From a bacterium (GTDB lineage Bacteria > Electryoneota > Electryoneia > Electryoneales > Electryoneaceae): 64,000 bases of DNA. Where the stretch lies: the NCBI GenBank assembly GCA_963675295.2, contig CAXXKJ010000002.1, forward strand, positions 4,000,001 through 4,064,000, given 5' to 3'. The stretch's first letter is position 1. Each line of letters opens with the position of its first letter. The notes under the pieces were generated by a model, which saw nothing but the letters and a program-made list of their open reading frames with translations, was not told where the DNA came from and made no database searches. Made by a program: the position numbers and the translations under genes. Shown one piece after another: positions 29,866 through 38,470 of the stretch.

Positions 29866-30690
29866 ATGGCGGAGACCACGGTTTCCCGCGAGACCGCGTA
29901 CCTGACCCTTGCGGACGGGCTGGCGACAGTTGTGATGAACCGGCCCGAGCGGCGCAATGCGTTCACCAGCGAAATGGTGCGCGATCTCACCGAACTTTTT
30001 CAACTGCTGGTTGATGATGCCGACGTGCGGTGCATCGTTTTGACCGGCGAGGGACAGGCGTTCAGCGCCGGCGCAGACCTCAACTACATGCGGTCGATCA
30101 AGGACGCCGGCGAAGAAGCAAATATCGCCGACGCCAACGCGCTCGCGAAACTACTCGAGCTGATCTACACCCATCCGAAACCGGTAATCGGCCGGATCAA
30201 CGGCCCGGCGATCGGCGGCGGGTTGGGACTGGTCGCGGCCTGCGACATCGCGATCGGTAAAACCGGCAGCAAGTTCGCGTTCAGCGAGGTGCGGCTCGGG
30301 CTGGCCCCGGCGGTGATCGCGCCGTTCGTAGTCAAGGCCATCGGCGAGAAGAACGCGCGGCGGTACATGTTGACCGGCGACCCGTTCAACGACGAAACCG
30401 CTGTCGCCATCGGCCTGCTGTACAAGTCGGTGACGCCGGTCGATCTTGATTCGGCGGTGCGGACGGTGACCAATTCACTGTTCGTCGTCGCGCCCGATGC
30501 GGTCGCGGCGTGCAAGGATCTGATCCGTCAGGTCAGCGAACGGCCATTGTCCGATGTCCAGGACTACACCGCAAAGCTGATCGCCAGTTTGCGTGCCGGT
30601 GCGGAAGGTCAGGAAGGGATGGCGGCGTTCCTCGAGAAGCGTGATCCGGGCTGGCGTTTTGAACCGTCGCAGGATGAGGCGGACGAGTAG
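29866..30690 (+). CDS. Enoyl-CoA hydratase/isomerase, probable methylglutaconyl-CoA hydratase
   Basis: MNRPERRNAF, FSAGADL, GPAIGGGLGLVAACDI, FSEVRLGLAPAVI, EGQEGMAAFLEKR. Confidence 0.9.
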   Translation: MAETTVSRETAYLTLADGLATVVMNRPERRNAFTSEMVRDLTELFQLLVDDADVRCIVLTGEGQAFSAGADLNYMRSIKDAGEEANIADANALAKLLELIYTHPKPVIGRINGPAIGGGLGLVAACDIAIGKTGSKFAFSEVRLGLAPAVIAPFVVKAIGEKNARRYMLTGDPFNDETAVAIGLLYKSVTPVDLDSAVRTVTNSLFVVAPDAVAACKDLIRQVSERPLSDVQDYTAKLIASLRAGAEGQEGMAAFLEKRDPGWRFEPSQDEADE

Positions 30691-30778
30691 CTGGAAACCG
30701 CGCGCCGGTTGGCGTGTGAAACCCTTGTGTCAACATGGATGGCCCCGGTCTTTTTGCCGGGGTTCTTTCGGTGCGGGA

Positions 30779-31555
30779 ATGATGAACCGACTACCCACAT
30801 TCGTTCTGATCGTTGCCCTGATCATTGCGGGATTGTCTCCCGCCACTGCCAGCGTGCTCGACGATCACATCCTGATCCTGCCGCCATATGTGAACGACGG
30901 CGAGCCGCAGCCGGTTGGCGAGCTATGGCGCACGTTGCACCGCGGCTACAGCGAGGGCATTGTCGACGTCGAGGTGATTCCTACGGAACGAGTGATCGCC
31001 GCGATGGAGGGCGACACGCTCACCTTCGACCTGTTCGCATTGGGCGAGGCGATGGAGTGGGGGCAACGGCTGGAATCGGACTTCGTCATCATGGCGGAAG
31101 CGCGTGACGGGCAGGTGCTGATCCAACGGCTGGACCCATGGACCGGCGAGCTGTTTGGCCCCGAGGGTGCGGTGCATCCATTCGACGCGATCCGTGATCT
31201 CGAATCCGAACGTTGGGTGTATGGCCGCAACCTGCGTGTCCCGCCCCAGGACTACCAACCGCCGCAGCTTGCAGGGGCCAATGCGAAGTTGACCACCTGG
31301 CTGCACGAGAACCACGAGTTCCCACAGGACGCGCTGATCGAACTGAAAGGCTGTTCCGCACGAGTTGCGGTGACCGTTTCGCCGGAAGGGGTGCCGAAAG
31401 ACATTCGCATTTACTCTGTGGATCTACCGGACTACGGTTTCGAAGAGGCAATTGCTAAGGCGTTGTGGAGCATGAGGTTCGAACCGGCGAAACGTGGGGA
31501 TAACGTTGTCCACGGAATGTGGATAAGTTCTGTGGATATCTCGCCGCACCTGTGA
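30779..31555 (+). CDS. Exported protein with TonB C-terminal-like domain
   Basis: Signal peptide and C-terminal FP.DA...VAVTVSPEG...GFEEAIAKAL..MRFEPAKRG..V. Confidence 0.7.
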   Translation: MMNRLPTFVLIVALIIAGLSPATASVLDDHILILPPYVNDGEPQPVGELWRTLHRGYSEGIVDVEVIPTERVIAAMEGDTLTFDLFALGEAMEWGQRLESDFVIMAEARDGQVLIQRLDPWTGELFGPEGAVHPFDAIRDLESERWVYGRNLRVPPQDYQPPQLAGANAKLTTWLHENHEFPQDALIELKGCSARVAVTVSPEGVPKDIRIYSVDLPDYGFEEAIAKALWSMRFEPAKRGDNVVHGMWISSVDISPHL

Positions 31556-31619
31556 AACACCAGAGGGCATCCCCTTATACGGAATGCCCTCTCTTCTTGT
31601 CGCCTTCCCCGTGCAGCGA

Positions 31620-32159
31620 CTACACACTCGGATGCGCCAGCCAGCGCTTGGTTACCGGCGGCACACGCTTGAGACGGATACCCTCTTCCACCGGCAGGTC
31701 GTACGTTGCCTGATCGATTACCGCACCGCGCGGATGCATGATCGCAATCGTATCGCCGCGCGCGATCTGGTAGTAGAAGTTCTGCAGCTTCGACCCCACG
31801 AACGCGTGGATAATCCGGCGTTTGGGATCGATCCTCGGCTTGCCGATCCCGGAGTGAATGCGAAGGTACGTGTGCGCCGCCAACTGTCCCTGTAACGTCA
31901 GCACCTTCACCAGCTTGCCGTCCGGCGCTTCGTTGTAGGACATGTGGCGCAATTCGAGACCGTTTAACAGCAATGGACGGTCGGTCATGTTGCGCAGCTG
32001 CACCCATTCCTGGTTCAACAAGTCGTTCGGCACCTTGCTGCCGATGCGCTGCGCCTTGCCTTCCGGATTGACCATCGCTGATTCGACGATGATATCGGGC
32101 AGCTTCAACTGTTGTTTGGTTCCGCTTTTCGCCATGGTCTGATTCATCCAGTCCTCCAT
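31620..32159 (-). CDS. Lamin-tail-domain (LTD)-like protein
   Basis: NPEG...NQEWVQLRNMTDRPLLLNGLEL...LRIHSGIG...GDTIAIMHPRGAVIDQATY. Confidence 0.7.
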   Translation of the reverse strand: MEDWMNQTMAKSGTKQQLKLPDIIVESAMVNPEGKAQRIGSKVPNDLLNQEWVQLRNMTDRPLLLNGLELRHMSYNEAPDGKLVKVLTLQGQLAAHTYLRIHSGIGKPRIDPKRRIIHAFVGSKLQNFYYQIARGDTIAIMHPRGAVIDQATYDLPVEEGIRLKRVPPVTKRWLAHPSV

Positions 32160-32361
32160 GCTATTGGTAACAAATACCCCCCGGATGAATGCTTCGACAT
32201 CAGAAGTATAGCACGCGAAATTATGATATGCAATAGCTTATTAGAATTATTTTAATAAAAGTTCGGAGCCTCCGTCTAAGTCTTGTTTTAGACCGGAAAA
32301 TCCGTCCAGGGAGTACCTCCGTGCTCTCCGGGAAGTGGGGTGTTTCGGGACAGGTTGCACG

Positions 32362-32393
32362 AAAAAACCGCCCAGCTTCGAGGCGGGGCGGTT
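32362..32393 (-). terminator. Intrinsic terminator after phosphate acyltransferase pair
   Basis: aaccgccc...gggcggtt hairpin preceded by an A6 run on +. Confidence 0.7.
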
Positions 32394-32420
32394 CAGTGAA
32401 TTTCGAGAATGCAACCTGAT

Positions 32421-33314
32421 TTACACCAGCAGCTCGGCGAACTGAACGGCCAGCACCTGCGTATCAATCGGCTGCCCGCGTTGCGCGACCGCGACCTGAA
32501 TTTGCCCGCCGGTAAGCACGGTTACCGCGCATTCGCCGCAGCCATGCTGGAACGCGTGCAATACGCCCCTGGAAACGGTCAATGCCGGCCCGACCAGCAC
32601 ATCTGCCTTGCCGGGTACTTCACCGGTAGCTTTCTTCTTCTCCACCGCTGACTTGCTGACCGCGAGGTCCATCGAGAGTGGGCCGTGCACGTGGCAATCG
32701 TCCCGTCCGGAGAAGCGTTCCGCGACTGCCTGTTCGAGCATCGTCGCCGGCAGGCCGGGATTAGCGACCTCAACCGCGGCGAGCAGGGCGACACGAGGTG
32801 TGTCGATTCCCAGCTTGCGTGCGGTGTTGATCGCCTGCTCGGTGACCGCGGCGAGTCCGTCCTCATCGGGACGATCCGCGACCAACGTGTCGGCGAGCAG
32901 GGTGATGCGGTCGAGTTTTTCTGTGTGCAGCAGGCTGATACCGGTCAGGGTGCGGTTGCCGAACGCCGGGGTCATGCGTGCGACGGCGGACGGTTCCGGC
33001 CTTCGTGGATCGGCGAGCAGTAGGCCGAGGTCGAACCCGCCGCTGGTCAGCAGGTTGCCGAGGGCACGGTCAATCTCGCCGGGCAGATAAGCCGGATGCA
33101 GCGTGGCATGCTGATCCAGCGCGTTGATGGTTTCGTCTGGCCCAACGATGTGCAGCTCATAGCGTTCGGTTTCCCGCAGCCGATCGACAAGCGCTTTGAG
33201 GTCACCGACCGGCGTGTCGAGAGTAGCCGCGATGGCGAGCCGTTTCGGCCGGGCAGGTGTTCCCCGGCGATTCAGCAGAGCGGAAAGCGTGTTCCGCAAG
33301 CGGTCGCTGGTCAT
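32421..33314 (-). CDS. Divergent phosphate acetyl/butyryltransferase-family protein
   Basis: TPRVALLAAVEVANP, VHGPLSMDLAVS..KK..EVPGKADVL. Confidence 0.8.
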   Translation of the reverse strand: MTSDRLRNTLSALLNRRGTPARPKRLAIAATLDTPVGDLKALVDRLRETERYELHIVGPDETINALDQHATLHPAYLPGEIDRALGNLLTSGGFDLGLLLADPRRPEPSAVARMTPAFGNRTLTGISLLHTEKLDRITLLADTLVADRPDEDGLAAVTEQAINTARKLGIDTPRVALLAAVEVANPGLPATMLEQAVAERFSGRDDCHVHGPLSMDLAVSKSAVEKKKATGEVPGKADVLVGPALTVSRGVLHAFQHGCGECAVTVLTGGQIQVAVAQRGQPIDTQVLAVQFAELLV

Positions 33315-34315
33315 GCGCGTTCCTCCCCGGTTTCGAGTTCCACGGCAGGTAGCGCGGGATAGCCGCGCCGTTGGGAGTCCGCGAGGCAGACGGCCAGCGC
33401 GATGGAAGCCATTTTGTTCATCATCGTGTCGCTGCGGGACACCAGGCTGATCGGCACCTTTGCGCCGGCGATGACGCCCATGAAAATCGCGCCGCCGAAC
33501 TGGATCAGGGTTTTCGCGATCACGTTGCCCTGCTCGAGGGTGTGCACGATCAGGATGTCGGCGTCGCCCGCGACCGGATCGTCCACACGCGCTTTGAGAT
33601 CCTCCGCGCGCCGCAGTGCCAGGTCCAGCGGCAACGGTCCGGAGATCTCGAGATCGTTGGACCAGTTTTCCTGCGCGATCTCGACCAGATCGCGTGCGTC
33701 TACGGATTCCGGGTAGACATCGCTGACCATTTCGCCCGCGCCGAGCACGGCGACCTTCGGCTTCGCCACTCCAACGCTGCGCAACACCTGTGCGGCGTTC
33801 TGAATCACCACCAGCTTCTGCTCGAGGGTTGGGACCGGAATCGTGCCGCCATCCGTAATGTTGATCAGCTTGCCGTATTTCGGCACGTACAGCAGCGCGC
33901 TGTGGCTGACCAGCTCCTGGTCACGCAGGCCGTAATCGTGCTTCAGCAGTGTTTTCAGCAACGTGGACGTTTTCAGGTAGCCCTTCATCACCACGTCTGC
34001 CTTGCCCTCACCGGCCATGGTCGCGGCTTTCAACGCGGATTCTTCGTCGGATTCGGTCGCGATGATCTCGAAGGCATCGGCGGGGACATTCGCAGTCGCG
34101 AGCGCGGCGCGGATGTTGTCCGGATTGCCAACGAGGGTCGCGTCGGAGATACCAGACTGCTTGCACGCGTACATCGCGGCGAGGACATCGTCCTCCTCGG
34201 CGGCGGCAACGACGACGCGCGAAAGGCCACGATGGCGTCCGATTTCCTTCGCGCGTTCGATGACTTGTTCGTGCGTTTGCAGGGGATGATCGAGGAACTC
34301 GAGTTCCGCAGGCAT
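33311..34315 (-). CDS. ptb: Phosphate butyryltransferase
   Basis: VVAAAEE, ADVVMKG, LVSH, ITDGG, GPLPLDLA, VAGDADIL, GNVIAK, GAKVPISLVSRSD. Confidence 0.85.
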   Translation of the reverse strand: MPAELEFLDHPLQTHEQVIERAKEIGRHRGLSRVVVAAAEEDDVLAAMYACKQSGISDATLVGNPDNIRAALATANVPADAFEIIATESDEESALKAATMAGEGKADVVMKGYLKTSTLLKTLLKHDYGLRDQELVSHSALLYVPKYGKLINITDGGTIPVPTLEQKLVVIQNAAQVLRSVGVAKPKVAVLGAGEMVSDVYPESVDARDLVEIAQENWSNDLEISGPLPLDLALRRAEDLKARVDDPVAGDADILIVHTLEQGNVIAKTLIQFGGAIFMGVIAGAKVPISLVSRSDTMMNKMASIALAVCLADSQRRGYPALPAVELETGEERA

Positions 34316-34520
34316 AATGCGATCTCCGTCTTGATATCGGTCGAAGCCAGCAGGATGAGCGGTAAGATACTCGGCGGAAGATGGGTGCTTGTGAAGCAGG
34401 GCGCAAGAGCTCCAGGGTGTGGCGGGATGGCCGTCGAACCAGCAGTCGGACCGGGCTGCAGGGCACAGGTGGCAGGGGGTTCCGTAGAGTTCACCTTTTT
34501 GGTGGCGTCGCTAGCTTGGC

Positions 34521-34549
34521 TTGCTCCGCGCGGATCGTGTGTGTATGAT
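34521..34549 (+). promoter_or_regulatory. Putative sigma70 promoter for lipoprotein gene
   Basis: TTGCTC-17 bp-TATGAT. Confidence 0.5.
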
Positions 34550-34576
34550 GAGACGACCAATCATTTGGAGGATCTG

Positions 34577-34921
34577 ATGCGGAAGCTGGCTGTCATTCTC
34601 CTGCCCCTCTTGCTGCTGTCCTGCGCCGTCGGCGAGTCCGGTCCCTGGAACGAACGCGACAATTCGAAGCAGGCGTACGAGGAGTCGCAGCAATTCGTAC
34701 TCGACCAGCTGATCGATTCGGAGAGCGCGGTATTCCCGTCCATGCGCTGGAATGACAAGGTGCTGGTCAACCGGGACGGTGAGTCGCAACGGTATGTCGT
34801 TGAGGCGTACGTCGAAACCACAGACGCATTCGGCGAGAAGCTGCACCTGGAATATGTGGTGGACCTGGAACAGGTGCGCAAAGGCGAGTGGGTTCTGCTC
34901 GACATCCGGATCGACGACTAG
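34577..34921 (+). CDS. Small lipoprotein
   Basis: RBS ggagga and lipobox MRKLAVILLPLLLLSC. It is the 3' part of ORF 33371..34921. Confidence 0.8.
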   Translation: MRKLAVILLPLLLLSCAVGESGPWNERDNSKQAYEESQQFVLDQLIDSESAVFPSMRWNDKVLVNRDGESQRYVVEAYVETTDAFGEKLHLEYVVDLEQVRKGEWVLLDIRIDD

Positions 34922-35135
34922 CCGGAACGTATTTTCTTCGCTCCGGTACGACCCTGACTCTAACGTGCCCCTGCGGGCTCCGCCAGCAGGGGTTATCCGT
35001 CTTCGGGATAGCCGCGGTAGCGAATAGAAGCTCACGCGGGCATCCTGTGCCGTCTTCGCTTTCCTTATAGACTCTTTCTCCAGCATGTAGTAGATCACCG
35101 TCCTGCAATAGGTTTCCCCATTCGGATCCACGAAA

Positions 35136-35167
35136 AACAGGGACACTTTCTGAAAAGTGCCCCTGTT
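35136..35167. repeat. Degenerate REP family A hairpin
   Basis: aacagggacactttctgaaaagtgcccctgtt. Confidence 0.6.
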
Positions 35168-35243
35168 GGGAATCTCACATCTCAAGTCTCAGGTCTGAAG
35201 GTTTTTCCCTCAGGACTCAAGTTTCACGGCTCAAGACTGTCGG

Positions 35244-37928
35244 TTACTTCATCAACACGACCTTCTGCATCTCACTCAGGCCGTTGTAGTTGACGCGCAG
35301 CAGGTAGACGCCGCTGGCGAGCGCGCTGCCGTCCACGGTAACCTGATGCGTGCCGGCGTTGAACACGTTCGCCTGTTCATAGACTGTCTGGCCGAGCGTG
35401 TTGTACACCGCGATGCTGACTTCACCGGCCGCCGGGAGGGCGAACGGGACAGTCACGGTCGGGTTGAACGGGTTCGGGTACGCGGTCATGACGTCAAATT
35501 CGGTCGGCAGTTCTGCCGCCGTTTCGTCCGCCGTGAACGATTCCGGCCAACCGGTTTCTCCCCAGTCAGCGATCTCGTTACCGTTGTCAGCGGGGTCCGT
35601 GTTGATGCCCTTGGTAAAGCCGAAGCTGTCCGAAACGTCGATGTTCGGATACGCGCCGACATGTCCGTACAACGTGTAGCTACCGTTCGGCGCGATGGTC
35701 GGAACCGAAACCGCGAGCATCGGAACGTCGATGTCGGCGTTCGCCGGGATGTTGATGTTGTACATCGAGATCGGACCGTACATGTTGCCATTCGGCAACT
35801 GGGCCATGGTCCAGTAGTTGTAGTTCGGATACGGGGTGCCGACATACGTGTTCAGGCTCGCCGAATACGTGATGTAGCCGCCGTTGTAGCCAACATGCGT
35901 GTTGATGCCGGTCAGGTTCAGAACCATGTCGACGCCGTCCGGGGTGACCAGGACTTCGTCCGCATCCGCCCAGCGGCTGGTCTGATCCTGAGCGTCGGTG
36001 GCGTTCGCGGTGTAGTAGGCCGTGAACGGTTCAGTCACCGGGCTGAGGTTCAGATCAAATTCCGGGTTCGGCAGGTCGGTCGCGAGCACGGTCATCGACT
36101 CAAAACCGTTCACCGGGGTGATTTCGTCGAAGTAGATACCTTCCTCGATCACGCCACCGTCGGTGATGTACGTAAGCTGAATCCAGACATTCTGTCCGGC
36201 GTACGCACCAAGTGGGAAAACGCCTTCGACCCAACCGTTGGAGTCGCCGGTGATTCCGTTGCCCATGTTCGTGCCATTCGGGTTGTAATCGGTGGTGATG
36301 TTACCCGGGATGGTTTCGAAGTTCTGGCCGTCGGTCGAGACCATGACATAGGCATAGTCCCAGTTGTTCTCGATTTCGTACCAGGCCTGGAAGGTCAGCG
36401 TGGTATTCGCTTCGACCGGGATCGAGAACTGGGCGGTCAGGTTGTGGTTGATGTTGTTCCCATTTTCGGAATAGTAGGAATAGTTGCCGGCGTACTCACG
36501 AATCGTGGACCGCAGGAAGCCATCGCGCTCGAAGACGATCGAGTTGGCCAATTCGGCACCATCCGTGGTCATCGGACCTTCGAGTTCTGCAAAGTCGTAG
36601 TACAGCGCGTCGTTGCCGTTCGGGTCGTCATGCGTCCACGTAGCCGTGAAGATCGGTCCGACTTCTTCCGGAATCGTCATCTCCGGTGCCACCGGGGCAC
36701 CGAGCATGTACGGGTTTTCCGCGACTTCGACGAACTTCATCAGCGGTTCGATCTGCGCGTTGGCAAGCGTCACGCCGGTGTTGTAGCTCGGCCAGAAGCC
36801 GCCCTGGCTCCAGCTGCCAATTTCAAACGTGAACGACCACATGTGGTAGTCCGCGCTGCTCGGTTCGCTCGGGTCGCCGCCTTCCTGCCAGTCTTCCGCG
36901 CCACCGTTGGTCGGGTAAATGATTTCCGGACCGCCGACTTCCCAGCCGAGGGTCTGGTTCATATACTCGCCGTACGCCAGGTAAATGTCATAGTTCGGCG
37001 GACGTTCGTAGGTGTAACCCCACGGCAGGATGATCAGGTTGCTGTACGTATGGTAGTTCAGCACCGCCGCGAATTCGCGGGCGTTGGTGAAGTCCATGAC
37101 AACCTGCGTCTCCGGTTCACTGCCCGGGGACGGTCCACGGTAGGTTTCGCTGTACTGGTTGGGGGACGAACCACTGTTGTCGTAGCCCCACATGTACGGA
37201 TAGTTACGGTTGAGGTCGACACCGTCCGGCGGGCTCATGTTCTTGCGCCACATGCCGCCACCGTTCGGATCTGTCTGCTCATTGTGGACGTAGCCGTCCA
37301 CGTTGTACATCGGCATGAGCCAGATTTCACGGTTGTCAACGAGGTCGGTGACACGGTTGTTGGTGCCGTAATTGTCGATCAGATATTCGGAGTAGGTGAC
37401 CACGGTCAGCGGGGTGACAACCTCGCGGGCATGGATCAACGCATTGATGAACACTTCCGTCTCATCTTCATCTACCGACGGATTGTCCGAAATCTTGAAG
37501 ACCTTGATCGGACGGCCTTCGTACGAATAGCCGATGGTGACCGGTCCATAGACGAGGGTCGGGTTGTCGGCACAGAAATCGTCCAGCCAGGCATAGACCT
37601 CGCTGTACGTCATGTACCCACCCATGTCGTCGATCTGGTTATCCAGATTTGCCCGGTTGCGCGCTTCCATATCTTCAACAAAAACGCGATAGGTATAATC
37701 GCTCAGCCGGTCCATGTCTTCCGGCCAACCCATGATGTACAACGGGCTGATATCGTTTCCGGACCCTTCCGGACCTCCGATGATATCAAAACCGCCAGTT
37801 TGCAATTCGATCCACGTTGCCTTGTCCGGAACATCCACCTCAAGCAGCGGAGTCGCGGCGGCCAGTCCGGCCACGCCCACTGTCAAGATCAGAGCCAGCA
37901 AAAGCACCCACACACGCTTGCCGTTCAT
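35244..37928 (-). CDS. Secreted M14 zinc carboxypeptidase (carboxypeptidase T-like) with immune-inhibitor-A-like jelly-roll and PNPFNP C-terminal domain
   Basis: IHAREV, NVDGY, WRKN, GVDLNRNY, YRGPSPGSEPET, NYHTYS, FTFEIG. Also YEIENNWDYAYV..STDG and AYPNPFNP. Confidence 0.92.
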   Translation of the reverse strand: MNGKRVWVLLLALILTVGVAGLAAATPLLEVDVPDKATWIELQTGGFDIIGGPEGSGNDISPLYIMGWPEDMDRLSDYTYRVFVEDMEARNRANLDNQIDDMGGYMTYSEVYAWLDDFCADNPTLVYGPVTIGYSYEGRPIKVFKISDNPSVDEDETEVFINALIHAREVVTPLTVVTYSEYLIDNYGTNNRVTDLVDNREIWLMPMYNVDGYVHNEQTDPNGGGMWRKNMSPPDGVDLNRNYPYMWGYDNSGSSPNQYSETYRGPSPGSEPETQVVMDFTNAREFAAVLNYHTYSNLIILPWGYTYERPPNYDIYLAYGEYMNQTLGWEVGGPEIIYPTNGGAEDWQEGGDPSEPSSADYHMWSFTFEIGSWSQGGFWPSYNTGVTLANAQIEPLMKFVEVAENPYMLGAPVAPEMTIPEEVGPIFTATWTHDDPNGNDALYYDFAELEGPMTTDGAELANSIVFERDGFLRSTIREYAGNYSYYSENGNNINHNLTAQFSIPVEANTTLTFQAWYEIENNWDYAYVMVSTDGQNFETIPGNITTDYNPNGTNMGNGITGDSNGWVEGVFPLGAYAGQNVWIQLTYITDGGVIEEGIYFDEITPVNGFESMTVLATDLPNPEFDLNLSPVTEPFTAYYTANATDAQDQTSRWADADEVLVTPDGVDMVLNLTGINTHVGYNGGYITYSASLNTYVGTPYPNYNYWTMAQLPNGNMYGPISMYNINIPANADIDVPMLAVSVPTIAPNGSYTLYGHVGAYPNIDVSDSFGFTKGINTDPADNGNEIADWGETGWPESFTADETAAELPTEFDVMTAYPNPFNPTVTVPFALPAAGEVSIAVYNTLGQTVYEQANVFNAGTHQVTVDGSALASGVYLLRVNYNGLSEMQKVVLMK

Positions 37929-38198
37929 CGTGACTTCCTCTCTGGTTGGTGTCTATACCTACAGATTTGACAAGGTAAGCACAGACCCTCGCCGTCTCCA
38001 ATCAATTGGAAAAACATTGAAGACTGATAGACAGGGTTTGGTGAGCCTAACCGTCTCTCCCGAGAGTGGATTTCGAAGCGCTCGTAATAATTATATTTAT
38101 GTAATTGATTCTACAAGCTCCGAGAGTAAGGGGACGTATTTGGGATTTCAGGAGTGTATATCTGATACTAGGATATAAGAGATATAAGAATACAAACC

Positions 38199-38408
38199 AT
38201 GAACCAGGCAAGGGTTCCTGTAAGTCCCGATGGCAACATGCGTTGCCCGAAATGTGGTGCGGTTTTCACCTGTGGCATTGCTGCCGGCGAGGACCGCTGT
38301 TGGTGTATGGAACTCCCGTATCTGGCGGGAGAGACGACCGAGGATGGAGCCTGTCTCTGTCCTGAATGTTTGCAACGTGCTCTGGAACACACGAGGAAGC
38401 CGACATAG
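38199..38408 (+). CDS. Cysteine-rich CWC family protein
   Basis: CPKCGAVFTCG...CWC...CLCPECL. Confidence 0.8.
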   Translation: MNQARVPVSPDGNMRCPKCGAVFTCGIAAGEDRCWCMELPYLAGETTEDGACLCPECLQRALEHTRKPT

Positions 38409-38470
38409 TTCGTATTTCCTCAACAAGAATGGTTTTCGCCGAGTCGGGAGGGAGTACAAGGGGTGTACGA

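Noticed and set aside
33371-34576. 5' part of 516-aa ORF 33371..34921
   Set aside because: Antisense to ptb. Only the segment from ATG 34577 has an RBS, a promoter and a lipobox.
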